The translations under genes and the position numbers were made by a program. A stretch of 63,952 nt of DNA, the filler included, from Octopus bimaculoides (Eukaryota), in the NCBI RefSeq assembly GCF_001194135.2. It is 5 parts of 5 records of this genome, joined end to end, with 100 filler letters (N's around TTAATTAATTAA, not from the genome) between each part and the next. Parts side by side here need not be neighbours in the genome. Positions count along the whole stretch, not along the records: positions 21,013 to 49,740 come from NC_068999.1; 4 more parts are not named here. One strand, written 5' to 3'. This document shows positions 22,950-35,701 of this stretch, in pieces (the stretch's first letter is position 1; each line of letters begins with the position of its first letter). A model generated the notes under the pieces. The model ran no database searches. It saw only the letters and a program-made list of their open reading frames with translations, and was not told the origin of the DNA.

Positions 22950-24105
22950 TTTCATAACCTAATAATCCTGTACAGTAAATCGATGAATAGTTTTATGAAA
23001 GTTAGGTAACTGACATTTATTTTATTTTATTTAAAAAAAAAACGTCATCTCTAACTTAAGAAATCTATTACCCAAATCATGCAAAATTCTAGTGGGATTC
23101 ATACTGCCTACTCAAGTTTTTACCAAACTTTGTGTGCTAACTCAATGCAATGCAAAAATAGTATATATGAAGTTTCAGCTTTCTAGTTGAAGTAGTTTCG
23201 GAGTTGTGGGCTTTTAAAACTATAATCACTAGATGACACTAGATTCACATTCAATCTCTGCTTCAGACGTTGACGATGATACTGGAGTTGCTCTGGTTCA
23301 AGTTGGCATTAAGGGGCACTTTTCTTCTATTGGTTGGATTGGTAGATTTGGAACTGGCTGCCTTTCCAGTTGCGTACCCAACCTTTCCCTTGCTTTCAAT
23401 TTGAAGATAATGTAACCTTCTATCCTCACAGCATAGCCATAAAAAGTTACTTCTTTCGAAATTTCTTTTGTTCTTTCTTTACTTCCTTTAATGGCACCTC
23501 CAAGGAACAGGTAGCGACCGACAATTTGAAGTTTCATTGGTATCCTGCAGTTGTTTTTCAAAGAATACTCTTCTATAGGAGCAGGTCTTCTCTTCCTATG
23601 TAAGTCTTGAAATTGCACGAGATTCTTCGTCCAGATTTTTTGTTTCTTTGAATGACACAAGCACTTCTCTTATGAGACACTATTTTTGATACTCTAGTTG
23701 GATAAGCCTATTATTCTGAAAAACAATTAATATAGTCAGAGCTTTTAGCGTCACAGAAATAAAAAAAAAGGAGAAGTGGATATTTCCTAAAGTAAGGTCT
23801 AAGTAGTAACAAATTAAAAGCTCTATAACTCCTAAATTACTTAAACTTGAAAGCTGAAATTTGAGATCTGCTGCTTCTGCATTGCATTAAGTCAGCACAC
23901 CAAGTTTGATAAAAACTTGAGTAGGCGTTATAAACCCCCGTAAAATTTTGCCTGATTTGAGTCAAAAGGGGTGTTAGATTTCTTCAGTTGGGGGTGACAT
24001 TTTTAAACAAAAATTTAAAATAAAGGTTATTTTTCCTATTTATATAAAATTGTTCATCAACTTTTGATCAAGGATATTTTTTTGATTTCATGCTATGAAA
24101 AGTAG
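22950..24105. mobile_element. Long-inverted-repeat element (arms of about 280 bp around a core of about 580 bp)
   Basis: tgcctactcaagtttttaccaaactttgtgtgctaactcaatgcaatgca (near 23105-23155) is the reverse complement of tgcattgcattaagtcagcacaccaagtttgataaaaacttgagtaggc (near 23877-23927). Similarity extends both inward and outward. Confidence 0.75.
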
Positions 24106-24429
24106 GAAAAAATCCTAGTGTCTTAGTCTTGCAAGCTGATCACATGCAGAAAGGTGCTCGCCTCCATTTTGGAAAACTCAAACAAAGAAATTATATCCAG
24201 AGGAGATAGAGTAGTAATGTATACTAAACAGTAAAGGGAGTAGCCACATCAAAGTGGCAGATAAATGTTACGACTAGTATACCCCTAGGCGGATTCTCCG
24301 CCAGCTTCCACCGAAAACCAGCTGGTAACATTCATCTGACACTTTGATGAGGTAACTCCCTGTACTGAAATTACATCTACCACTTCCGTTTTGAGCACTT
24401 ATTTTCCTATGTCGACATTTACGCATATA

Positions 24430-24962
24430 CACAGACATTCAGGAATTAAATAGACACCTTTAATTTTCAAAATCTTTTATTTGATATTAATTGGTTGAAG
24501 GAGAAGTTTCCTTCTAGCTGCTTGTCCATAATACCCAGGCTTATGCAGATATGTATCATTCGTTCTTGGACTAACTTCTAGCTGTTTTGCAATATCAGTA
24601 GCCTTCGAACGGGATTCGTTGTCCACAATTCCCGGGACGAGAATCTGTTGATTCTTTTCCTTAGGTTTTGAATTGCACTAGAATTGTATTAACAGTAGCA
24701 AGAGGAATTTGAAGATTTTCGGCAATTTTGCGCTGGCTAAGACCAGCCTCAAATTTCCCAACAATACGACCTCTTTGAAAATCTGACAGTTCTGTTGATT
24801 TTTTTGTGCATGGCATGGTTACTCTTCGCAAATGTTTAATATAATGGCACCTGGAATGAAAACGAATAATTACATTGTAAATTCTACACCACTGAAAACA
24901 TATTAAGACGCTTAGATCGGAAATTATTAAAATTAAAGGTGTCTATTTACTTCCTGCATGTG
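24430..24962 (-). mobile_element. Internally deleted Tc1-like transposon
   Basis: TIRs cac(agac)attcaggaattaaatagacacctttaatttt and aaaattaaaggtgtctatttacttcctgcatgtg, with TA on both sides. The minus strand encodes [42 protein letters not shown] (Tc1 paired-like HTH). The catalytic domain is absent. Confidence 0.9.
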
Positions 24963-25229
24963 TATATANNNNNNNNNNNNNNNNNNNNNNNNNNNNNNNN
25001 NNNNNNNNNNNNNNNNNNNNNNNNNNNNNNNNNNNNNNNNNNNNNNNNNNNNNNNNNNNNNNNNNNNNNNNNNNNNNNNNNNNNNNNNNNNNNNNNNNNN
25101 NNNNNNNNNNNNNNNNNNNNNNNNNNNNNNNNNNNNNNNNNNNNNNNNNNNNNNNNNNNNNNNNNNNNNNNNNNNNNNNNNNNNNNNTATATATATATGT
25201 ATATATATATATTTACACACACACATATA

Positions 25230-25625
25230 TGGCGTGACTTCTAGCAAGATGTTCCCTTCCCGACAACATGGTTGTGGGTTCAGTACCGATGCATGGCACC
25301 TTCAGCAAGTGTCTTCTACTATAGCCTTATATTGATCAAAGCCTTGTTAGTGCATATGGGAGACGGGCCCGTCGTATATATGTGTGTGTGTATGAGTTTG
25401 TGTGTCTCTGTGTATGTCTGTGTTTGTTCCTCCAACGCTTGACAACAGATGTTGGTGTGTTTACGTCCCCTTAGCTTAACGGTTCGGCAAAAGATATCGA
25501 TGGAATAAATACTAGGCTTAAAAAAGCAAAAAAAAGTACGGAGCTCGATTCATTCGACTATGATTCTGCAAGGCTGTGCCCCAGCTTGGCCGCAGTCTAA
25601 TGAGTGAAACAAGTAAAAGAATAGA
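25230..25625 (+). mobile_element. SINE family A, near full length
   Basis: Head gggttcagtacc...gcaccttcagcaagtgtcttctactatagcc, a microsatellite middle, and tail ccagcttggccgcagtctaatgagtgaaacaagtaaaag. Confidence 0.8.
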
Positions 25626-26116
25626 CAGATAAAAAAATATGTGTACAAAAACCTGCACACAAACACACAGAAGCAAATACGTGTGTGGATGTGTGCACGT
25701 GTGTATGTGTGCGTGTGTGTGTGCGTGTACATAAAATATTTCATAATTTCTGTCCAGAGGTGATTTCGCGTTGTGTTAAAAACAAAGGTAAAATTGATAA
25801 AATGACAAGTAATGCAGTTTGCTGCCTTAGAATGATATATTACAGGGTCCAGTTGGAAAGATATATTAACAATATATTCCGTCATTTCTTTCAAGACGTA
25901 AGGATATATATATATTAATAGTTTAGAGAAGAACTACCAAGATGCAAGTCAAAACAATGTAGGAGATTAGACACCATCAAGAAAAGCGTACTCTTCAGAA
26001 TAACTAATATAAAACTAAAAAATCGAAAAGAATATTTATGATCCATAAAATCTATAAAATATTAGATTAAAAATCTAGTTCAGTTTAGTAAAATTATAAA
26101 AACGAAAGTGAATAAT

Positions 26117-26212
26117 AGACTACGCGCGTTTCATGGCCTCATAACAGTAGAAAAAAATCTGGGCATTTTACAATGAATCGATCCACTTAGAATAAGGACA
26201 CTCTTCAGGTCT
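26117..26212 (-). ncRNA. Type I hammerhead motif with extended loop II
   Basis: Minus strand agac-CTGAAGA-gtgtcc...(long loop)...ggccat-GAAA-c-gcgc-GTA-gtct. Helix I is agac/gtct, helix III is the palindrome ACGCGCGT, and the cleavage triplet is GUA. Confidence 0.6.
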
Positions 26213-26689
26213 TGTAACTTCAAAAAACGTATCCTAATATTTGAAACTACAATAAAATAAAATATGAAAAAGTAGAAATATCTGTAGGTTTAAGCAATTA
26301 TTAGTACAATATATAACGTATCAAGGTTTTATAATGATAATCATCTATCAAGTTGAAGGCATTAAATTGAATATCCTTGTAAGTCCGGATTTTCACATTC
26401 TCTAACATTAATATTATATATATATANNNNNNNNNNNNNNNNNNNNNNNNNNNNNNNNNNNNNNNNNNNNNNNNNNNNNNNNNNNNNNNNNNNNNNNNNN
26501 NNNNNNNNNNNNNNNNNNNNNNNNNNNNNNNNNNNNNNNNNNNNNNNNNNNNNNNNNNNNNNNNNNNNNNNNNNNNNNNNNNNNNNNNNNNNNNNNNNNN
26601 NNNNNNNNNNNNNNNNNNNNNNNNNNNNNNNNNNNNNNNNNNNNNNNNNNNNNNNNNNNNNNNNNNNNNNNNNNNNNNNNATATACATA

Positions 26690-26842
26690 TATACGACGGG
26701 CTTCTTTCGGTTTTCCTCTACCAAATCCACTCACAAGGCTTTGGTCGGCCCAAGGCTATAGTAGAAGACACTTGGCCAAGGTGCCACGCTGTGGGACTGA
26801 ACCCGGAACCATGTGGCTGGTAATCAAACTACTTACCACAGC
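26690..26842 (-). mobile_element. SINE family A head (low divergence)
   Basis: atacgacgggcttctttc...caaatccactcacaaggctttggtcggccc...gggactgaacccggaaccatgtggctgg; B-box-like ggttcagtccc on the minus strand. Confidence 0.9.
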
Positions 26843-27181
26843 TTCTTTATTTTTTACTTGATAATTTTCTCTAGTTTCGCAAACAAATAAATCAATATAG
26901 ATGAATACATCTATAATCAGTGTTAATATCAGAACGCTATCTAATTACTCCGATAAACATACCTAACTTAGAAAAAGGAATATTAAAAATATATTATGTA
27001 TACAAATAATTATGCATAAATATTCACTTTTTTATTTTCATTTCTCTAAGTATTAAGCAATGAAAGTCACATATGTTCGTATGCTCACATTGGTTTAGGC
27101 GCGCAAACACGCACGCACATACACAAAAACACAGTAGATATTATAATCACAAACATAAAGACTCTCACACATATACTATAT

Positions 27182-27213
<32 letters not shown>

Positions 27214-27317
27214 CAATCACACGCAAACACACACACATGTGTATGTATGAATATTCATATCTGTATACACACATATCTGTACTTATAGGACTATATACCA
27301 GTGTCTGATTGTAACTG

Positions 27318-27400
<83 letters not shown>

Positions 27401-27799
27401 GTTGCTAAATAGGCATGTGTGTGAGTATGAATACATATTCATACATACGAACATACATAAACTCGTGCGAGAATGCGTTTATTTTTAAGTCAAGCAATTA
27501 TACGTAATTATTGTCGCTAATGGTGAATGTTTCACTGTAACTCTATGATAATCAATCAAGATAACACCCATATCGATATATAATATCGATAGTATTGATA
27601 TCCTTATTTTTATCACTTTAGATACCTCAAATCTAAGTATTCGTTGTTTTTTATCTATCGTGTCTCCTACACCATCTCTCGTCTCTTGCATGCTCTCCCG
27701 CTCTCTCCGCCTTATTTATCATAGATGCTAGTAAATATTAACATTAGGAATTAATTGTTTCCTCCATAATTTCAACTGGAAACCTCTTAGTATTTTATT

Positions 27800-27960
27800 G
27801 GGGAAGCTGGCAAACTGCTTAGCGGCATTTCGTCTTCCGTTACGTTTTGATTTCAAACTAAACTTCACCGAGGTCGACTTTATCTGCCATTCTTTCGGGG
27901 TCAATTAAATAAGTACCAATTACGCACTGAAGTTGATGTAGTCGGATTAAACCTTTTTCT
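27800..27960 (+). mobile_element. SINE family B
   Basis: gaagctggcaaactgcttagcggcatttcgtc...cgaggtcgacttt...ttcggggtcaattaaataagtacc. Confidence 0.75.
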
Positions 27961-29114
27961 TCCCTTGCAAGTGAATTATCTGCATATATTCATAAAAAAA
28001 CATCCGCAGAAACAAATATTTACATGAGCAAATATTTTTTTCTGCGTAAAGCAAAATTAAGGTTACGCATATAAATATTTTAATGCCTCACTGCGGGTAA
28101 AATAAGAATGTAAACTTTTTTTTATTCTATTATTACTGACGTGTACAAAGAAGTAGAAAAGTTTTACCCATTGTGTTGTTTAACAGTTTCTTAACAGCTT
28201 CATTGAGATTTCCTCGGCTTCCGTCGCCTATTAAAAGCATATATCAGCAGTCTATAAGCAGTCACTAACTAGAGTATCACCATAGTTAATAGCCTAATTT
28301 CCATATGTGAGCGTTTGACACCCTCCATTAATCACATAGTGTCTATTTTTGCAAAACACTACTTCAGCATGCGGTTTAGCTTATTTGAGCTTATTTCTCA
28401 ATACAAGGCTTCGGAGACTCCTACCTCCGTTGCTCTACTTCTATAGGAGGGGAGCTACATTCAACTTTCTGACTAGACTTGACAAAAAGTCTTTAAAACT
28501 GTTTGAGGTGCTTTTTGTCTTCCATACAAGGTGACTATTTGATAAAGGAACCGCTTATACCAGCAAACATCAGAATTAAATAAAAATTGAGGAGCCAGTC
28601 TCCTTGTCAGTAACTTGAATTCCTGTTGCTATGATAACATCCATGTACTCGTACATGTGGCAAGGCTTTATATGTGCACTCGCACCCCCCCACACATATA
28701 ATACATACATAATACATATCTATATACATACATATATTAGCAGCCCAGTGGATGTTAACGTAAGACCAAAGTAAAAAAAATCACCTACAGTAAACTATTG
28801 AGAAATCTACAGTAAGCTACCCAGATATTAAGTTCATATCTATATCTGTATCTATTGAGGCACTGTGATATGTAACACACTGCCTAAGCACCAATCTGGA
28901 ACCATCATGCTTCTGAATTCCAGAAAAGAAAAAGCTGTTTCGAAAACTACAAATTCAAGCCATCAGTGGAACTGTGAAAGAATGTAAAACTTTCCAGAAT
29001 ATTATCATTTCAGTACATATGTGCATGTCTAGACATGCAACGATATACATGAGAATACAGACATAAGACAAAATATACAAATCTGCATATGCACTGACTC
29101 CAAATACTGCACAC

Positions 29115-30137
29115 ACGACAGAAAGCTCCTACCTCTACTGGTGACAAAGGGCCTCTCGCTCAGAGTGAAAGGTAGGTTTATGATGCATGTATACGAATTG
29201 ACATGCTACACGGAAGTGGTACATGGGCCGTGACTGCTGAAGACATGCGTAGGCTCGAAAGAAATGAAGCGAGTATCATCCGCTGGATGTGTAATGTCAG
29301 TGTGCACATACGAGAGAGTGTAAGCGCCCTGAGAGAAATGTTGGACATAAAAAGCATCAGATGTGGTGTGCAAGAGAGATGACTGCGGTAGTATGGTCAT
29401 GTGCTACGTATGTATGAGGAGAGCGGTGTGAAGAAGTATCACTCCCTAACAGTGGAAGGAACCCGTGGAAGATGGAGACCCAGGAAGACATGGGATGAGG
29501 TGGTGGAGCATGACCTTCGAACGTTGGGCCTCACAGAGGCAATGACAGGAGACCGGGACCTTTGGAGATATGCAGTGATTGAGAAGACCCGGCAAAGAAA
29601 GTGAGATCACAGCTGTAGTGTCGCATAACCAGCCCATTAAAAAAGTGCCTTTGAATCGTCGGGAGATACGCCGTGCATGAGGAGACCTATTGAGTTAAGT
29701 AATTCAAAATCAAATTCAATCACAATCAAATGGAAATTGTAGCTGTGGCCGTTACCAGTGCTGGTGGCACGCAATAAGCACCATGCATGCCTGGGTCGTT
29801 GCCAGAGCCGCCTGGTGACACGTAAAATGCACCATCCGAACGTGGTCGATGCCAGCTCTCCCACCCCGACTGGCTCCTGTGCCGCTGGCAGGTAAAAAGC
29901 ACCTTCTGAACGTGGCCAATGACAGTGCCGCCTGACTGGCTCCCGTGCCGGTAGCACGTAAAAAGCATCCACTACAGTCTCGGAGTGGTTGGCGTTAGGA
30001 AGGGCATCCAGCTGTAGAAACATTGCCAGATCAGATTGCTGCAGCCTTGTGGTTTTCCAGTCCCCAGTCAAACAGTCCAACCCATGCCAGCATGGGAACC
30101 GGACGTTAAACGATGGTGATGAAGATGATGATGATGA
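29115..30137 (+). mobile_element. 5'-truncated RTE-clade LINE: ORF2 C-terminus, 3' UTR and (gat)n tail
   Basis: LVTKGLSLRVKG, MLHGSGTWAVTAEDMRRLERNEASIIRWMCNV, and YGHVLRM...GRWRPRKTWDEVVEHDLRTLGL...DRDLWR (RTE-type C-terminus with in-frame stops), followed by the multicopy UTR. Confidence 0.9.
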
Positions 30138-30735
30138 CATGCGAAAATATCCTGTTGATATTGATTGAAATTCCAAAGAAAGAGCCTTGAATCTAGGTTA
30201 GAAACCCGTTCTTTCTCTACTGGCAAGACATCTTGAAATAAACTGAATAATGACATACGAACATCCATGCATACATACTTACGTTTATACGTATACATTT
30301 ATACATAGATGCAAGTGTGCGTCTATGTTTGTGTGTGTGTATATATGTGTGTCTGTGTGCGTGCATGCGTGTGTGTGTGCAATTATGTCTGTGTGTACTA
30401 ATGAGCATATGTGTATGTGTATGCAAGCAATTATGTATCTACCTCACTGTCTATATGCTGCTATTGGTACCTAAATTTCGGAAACATCAGTTATTCTTAA
30501 AGGTAATTTAATAAACGCATGAATATGTCCTTTAAATTCAAAATGAAAAGCAAATTATAAAATGTGTGACATAAGATATGGCAGACAGTCATGTGGGACA
30601 CGAGTTTGAACTTCATACAAGGGAGATAACGTATAAGTCGTACTATAATATTTTTAAAAAATACCTAGACATAGATGAAGGAAAACCTCTGTACGTGTAT
30701 GTGTGTGTGTATGTGTGTGTGTGTGTGCGTGTGTT

Positions 30736-30766
<31 letters not shown>

Positions 30767-31584
30767 AGGAGGGGAGCTATGAGAATGTGAACTAGATAGA
30801 AATGTTATGTCAGTCATAACACTACTCTAACTTCGTCTAAATTGCAAACATACCATATGTGCAGCTTAAACTTTTTGCAGTGCCAGCCATAACATATGGT
30901 TCTCTAGTACTGGAAGTGAAAAGTAGAATACCTAGTTTCTGTAGACCGTGACAGAGGAAATCAAAAAGAAAACAAAAAATAAAAGAAAAATAAAGCGCAT
31001 TTCATGTAATATGTCTGACATCAGTCTATTACCGTACATCGCAAGAACAGAAGACTATTGAATGTCGGAGAGGGGAACGAAAAGGCAGTTACAGTGTTAC
31101 ACTCTAACTTCTCAACATTCAGACGGCTTGCTACTTGAGCGTGTCGTATTTGGTGAGACACAGGGTAGCAAACCATTATCACCGCTGGAACAATTTTGGT
31201 TTATTCTTTTTTTCCAAAGTAATAGCAAACAAAAAGAAAAAAAAGTGCATGCGGTTGGCACATGAAATGATCACGGAGGATGTTAAAAGCAGCATGTCTT
31301 TATATAGTCAATTCTCGGGTGAATTGTAGAATTACCACGAAAAGAAATACAAAAAAAAAAAAGAAGAGAGAAGGAAGATATTCGACTGCAATGGAATAGC
31401 AGAATGTGCACTGTGTCCCATACTAGAATATTCCTTTATTCCAACTTGAATGTAGTTTTTTTTTCTTTTTCAAAGCATTAAGTATTATACTTCAAGAATA
31501 TCCTCAGAGAGGCATATTTTCTCAAGCAACAGTGGAATAGTTGTTGTTGTGGTGGTAGTGATGATGGTGGTGGTAGAGAGTAAT

Positions 31585-31687
<103 letters not shown>

Positions 31688-31736
31688 TATACACTCAACA
31701 GATTTGACTGTTGGAAAAGAAAAGTATCCTAACATC

Positions 31737-31902
31737 GGGTTACAACAAGCAGCCTTAGATGCCAAGAGCCCCCCTCTTGGGTTACAGCAAATAACCTTAG
31801 ATGCCAAGAGCCCCCCTCTTGGGTTACAGCAAATAACCTTAGATGCCAAGAGCCCTCCTCTTGGGTTACAGCAAATAACCTCAGATGCCAGCAACCCTCC
31901 TT
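31737..31902. repeat. 42-bp tandem repeat, about 4 copies
   Basis: Unit gggttacagcaaataaccttagatgccaagagcccccctctt. The first and last copies are diverged and there are no spacers. Confidence 0.95.
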
Positions 31903-32185
31903 AGTATCATAGCTGGTTATTACTATTATTATTTTTTGTTGTTAATATTCGCAAGATCTTAGTGCGTTGTGTTCTTGAGCAAAACGCATCGCCTCACGCG
32001 TGATGGAGTGTAACTAAGGTGCAGCACATACCTTAGATCCCTATGAACAAATCTCAGGTTTTCTAGGAACCCTTGGAATCTTGCATGCGTAACACATTTG
32101 CTTCCTGTAGCCTATGGTATCATGCTATCTCTTCTTTTCAACTATCTAATATTTACCTGATCCGCCTTCTCTTATTTTTGCTGCG

Positions 32186-32229
<44 letters not shown>

Positions 32230-32282
32230 NNNNNNNNNNTTATTATTATTATTATTATTACTATTGTTATTATTATTTTTGA

Positions 32283-32350
32283 TTGAGAGAGCAGTGCATT
32301 CCATCAAAGTGACGCGGGGGTAAAATATTCGAAGCCCAGTATACCCATCC
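32283..32350 (+). mobile_element. Repeat family C, 5' fragment
   Basis: gagagagcagtgcattccatcaaagtgacgcggggg...gactacc matches 62930-63005. Confidence 0.75.
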
Positions 32351-32386
32351 TGACTACCCGACTGCTACTACTACTAATATTACAAC

Positions 32387-32431
<45 letters not shown>

Positions 32432-32544
32432 CAGAAGGAGCAGCACAATTGAGTAAGAGAACAGTACAGGCAATCAAAGGACGTTGTCTAAAAGATTGCA
32501 TTATTTCGAACAAGGGCAGCACTTGCAGTGAAGAGAAACATGTC

Positions 32545-32695
32545 GTTTACATGGATCCCAGTACCTGACTATTACTCTATCGAAATCCGATGGATTTAAT
32601 GTAAAATTGCTCTCAGTGGGATTTTATCTTAGAACGTAAATAATTGGAAGAGATACTGCGATTTGCTTTTCCGATGTGCTAACGATTCTGCCAAA
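32545..32695 (-). mobile_element. SINE family B (diverged)
   Basis: Ends in gtgctaacgattctgcca, the reverse complement of the B head tggcagaatcgttagcac. Confidence 0.65.
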
Positions 32696-33699
32696 TAATC
32701 GTTTTAGATTTTTGCACAAAGTCAGAAATTTTTATGGCTGGCGATAATTAGTACCAATGCGATTGGTAGTTATTTTATCGATTCCTAAGAGATGAATATA
32801 AGTAAGTAAACTTCAACGAGTTTTGAACTCAGAATACATGCCGCAAAGTGTTTGGCCAATTACTATAACTATTGCTCCTAATGAAACATCAAAATGCATC
32901 TTGTAATGCATTAAAATATTAAAACGATTCTACATATAACAAGGCATTGTTTTTGAAAATTTTAAGCAAGTAAATGAACGTTAATTTGTCTTTAAAAATG
33001 AGAATGTTAAATTAATATACGACTCCAATATATAAAGAGAGACTACCTTAAGGAATATAAATCTGGAGCATTTTCTATCATACACCTGACAATAGTCTAC
33101 TAATTATTGACTTCAATACACCATAGGACTATGATGACAAGCAGACAGAGATGTTGAGGATAGGAGTTACACATATAAACTGAATAATGATATTATGAGT
33201 CTATGTATTTGTAAATGCTACATAAATATTGATGCAGGATCACTTATCTAAATGCGTTGAAATATTGCCTATAGGGATAGGCATAGAACCGAGTACATAG
33301 CAGCACAAGGATCTGTAATATTTATTAGGATAAGGGTTTACATAGAGTTGTTGATTCTCAATATTTTTTTCCAAGTTTTTACGATTTCGCTTTTTATTCT
33401 TTTTCAGAAAATAAGCACGTGATATATTTGTTAAACAACAAATAATGATTATATTAACAATATTGATTAGTGAAAGAAAACATCCAATGAGACTAAATTC
33501 TATATTTCAAAGAATGGTTCTTTCCAAATTAAACAAACTCAATACTGGAACGCCAAACTGAATTAGAGGCTCACAAAAATATTATATGGCGCAAATTGAC
33601 CTCGATGAATATCTGAATGTAAAGTATTAACCTTTTCATTACGATATTTCGGTTGAAATACACTGCTTTTACAGTTCTATATTTAAGAGATGTGGAATT

Positions 33700-34060
33700 A
33701 TGTACATTATTTACATTATTTACATTTGACGGATATTTGTCGCCATCTTGTTTGTTGTTAATACAACGTTTCGGCTGATATACACTCCAGCATTCTTCAG
33801 GTGTCTTGAGGAAATTTCGAACCTGTGTTCTAATTCCTAAGGTATTTTTCGATGTTATTATTATTATTACGGAGATGTACTTGCATAGTAAGTAACTTGA
33901 TCTGAGATCGTGTACTGGAACGAAAACAATTGCAGCGTGGAAGGTGTTTATAAGCCATTTAAGAAACACAGAAAAACTGTTAGATTCACTTCAGCATTTA
34001 AACTTAATTTGCCAAAATATTTTCGTCGCTTTGAGATCGCGACCCGTTCACTGACAAAAT
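33700..34060 (-). mobile_element. Small non-coding element with a hammerhead and a second hammerhead-like fold
   Basis: A canonical-core motif at 33760-33805 and a degenerate motif at 34011-34054 lie on the same strand. No TE protein motif was found. Confidence 0.5.
33760..33805 (-). ncRNA. Minimal type I hammerhead ribozyme motif
   Basis: Minus strand gacac-CTGAAGA-at-gctg(gagtgtatat)cagc-c-GAAA-cg-TT-gtatt. Helix II is gctg/cagc with an irregular junction to the core, helix III is the palindrome AACGTT, and helix I is gacac/gtatt with one mismatch. Confidence 0.6.
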
Positions 34061-34172
34061 TCTATTTAATGTAGATATTCGTTACAAATGTCTTACTTCC
34101 ACACCAGCATACATCCATACAGACACACGCGTGTGCACGCACTTATACACTCATATATATATATATATACAT

Positions 34173-34217
<45 letters not shown>

Positions 34218-34688
34218 GAGCGGTTATGAGAGGTAGTGGTGTCAATTAGACCCAGAGGTTTCAGGTAATGCTGAGTAAGTGCTATGGATATAACCATAGT
34301 TAAGCTCCAGGTTNNNNNNNNNNNNNNNNNNNNNNNNNNNNNNNNNNNNNNNNNNNNNNNNNNNNNNNNNNNNNNNNNNNNNNNNNNNNNNNNNNNNNNN
34401 NNNNNNNNNNNNNNNNNNNNNNNNNNNNNNNNNNNNNNNNNNNNNNNNNNNNNNNNNNNNNNNNNNNNNNNNNNNNNNNNNNNNNNNNNNNNNNNNNNNN
34501 NNNNNNNNNNNNNNNNNNNNNNNNNNNNNNNNNNNNNNNNNNNNNNNNNNNNNNNNNNNNNNNNNNNNNNNNNNNNNNNNNNNNNNNNNNNNNNNNNNNN
34601 NNNNNNNNNNNNNNNNNNNNNNNNNNNNNNNNNNNNNNNNNNNNNNNNNNNCATACAGACACACGCGTGTGCACGCACTTATACACTC

Positions 34689-34721
<33 letters not shown>

Positions 34722-35570
34722 CCTGTGGGTGTCTGTGTGTGTATATGTCTGTGTAATTACATGTATATAGTATATCCGCTGTCGATTATAAACGGCCCCA
34801 CAATTTTCTGTTCCTTGATTACTGCCTTTTTAGTGGATGCAGGGGGATATATTCCGGGTGTGCTGGGTGTGTGCTGCACATCCATCGAAAATGGCAAATT
34901 CATTATAAAAATTAACCTTACTCATTAATTTAATCAGAAGTCTGAATGGAAAACGTTTGTTATACCATACCGCTGCTTGAAATTTGGTGCTTATTCGGTG
35001 TGGCATCACAGCTAACACAACAACCATCATACGCCACTGAGTAGGTGGTGCCTTCTATGGCAAAGAATCTTTGAAGTTGAAGCAGATTTAGAATACGACT
35101 TCAACGTTTTCAACATAAAAGTTATTCGCTAATTTCAGAAGTGTTTCACAAGATGTTCATACGATGCTAAAATATTCGAAATATTATAATTAGGTAGAGT
35201 ACGCAGAGCCTTGCCATTTATCTCAGGTTTAGAACTATCTACAAGCTCGAAGATATTGCATAGATTATCAGTCCATTGTCCTTGTATTTTCAGAAGTACG
35301 ATGACAGAACTTTCGCAGTCAGTTCAACTAAAATGTGTGTAGAATAGAAGGAAGTGGCAAATAAAGCATTTGCTAAGAGTCCTGATTATTTCCTTTTCTT
35401 GACGTCCGGAAAGGAGTATTAAGTTGCAATGTATAGGAATGTGAGGAAGATGCTTAAACCTGATCTGAGAGGTGGACGGATTTTTTGGCAGTTACAAATT
35501 GGTTCACGAGGTGGGGAGATTGCAAATTTATATACACATAGAGAGAGACACATATACACACATACACTAC

Positions 35571-35611
<41 letters not shown>

Positions 35612-35667
35612 AAAGAGAGAGAGAGAGAGAGAGAGGTATTTTCCTACATACACATACAAATCTATGC

Positions 35668-35701
<34 letters not shown>

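Noticed and set aside
31737-31902. CRISPR-like appearance of hairpin-containing 42-bp repeats
   Set aside because: The units are contiguous with no unique spacers, no cas genes are present, and the context is eukaryotic.
34115-34710. catacagacacacgcgtgtgcacgcacttatacactc duplicated across a gap
   Set aside because: It has the same gap-flanking pattern and is probably an assembly redundancy.
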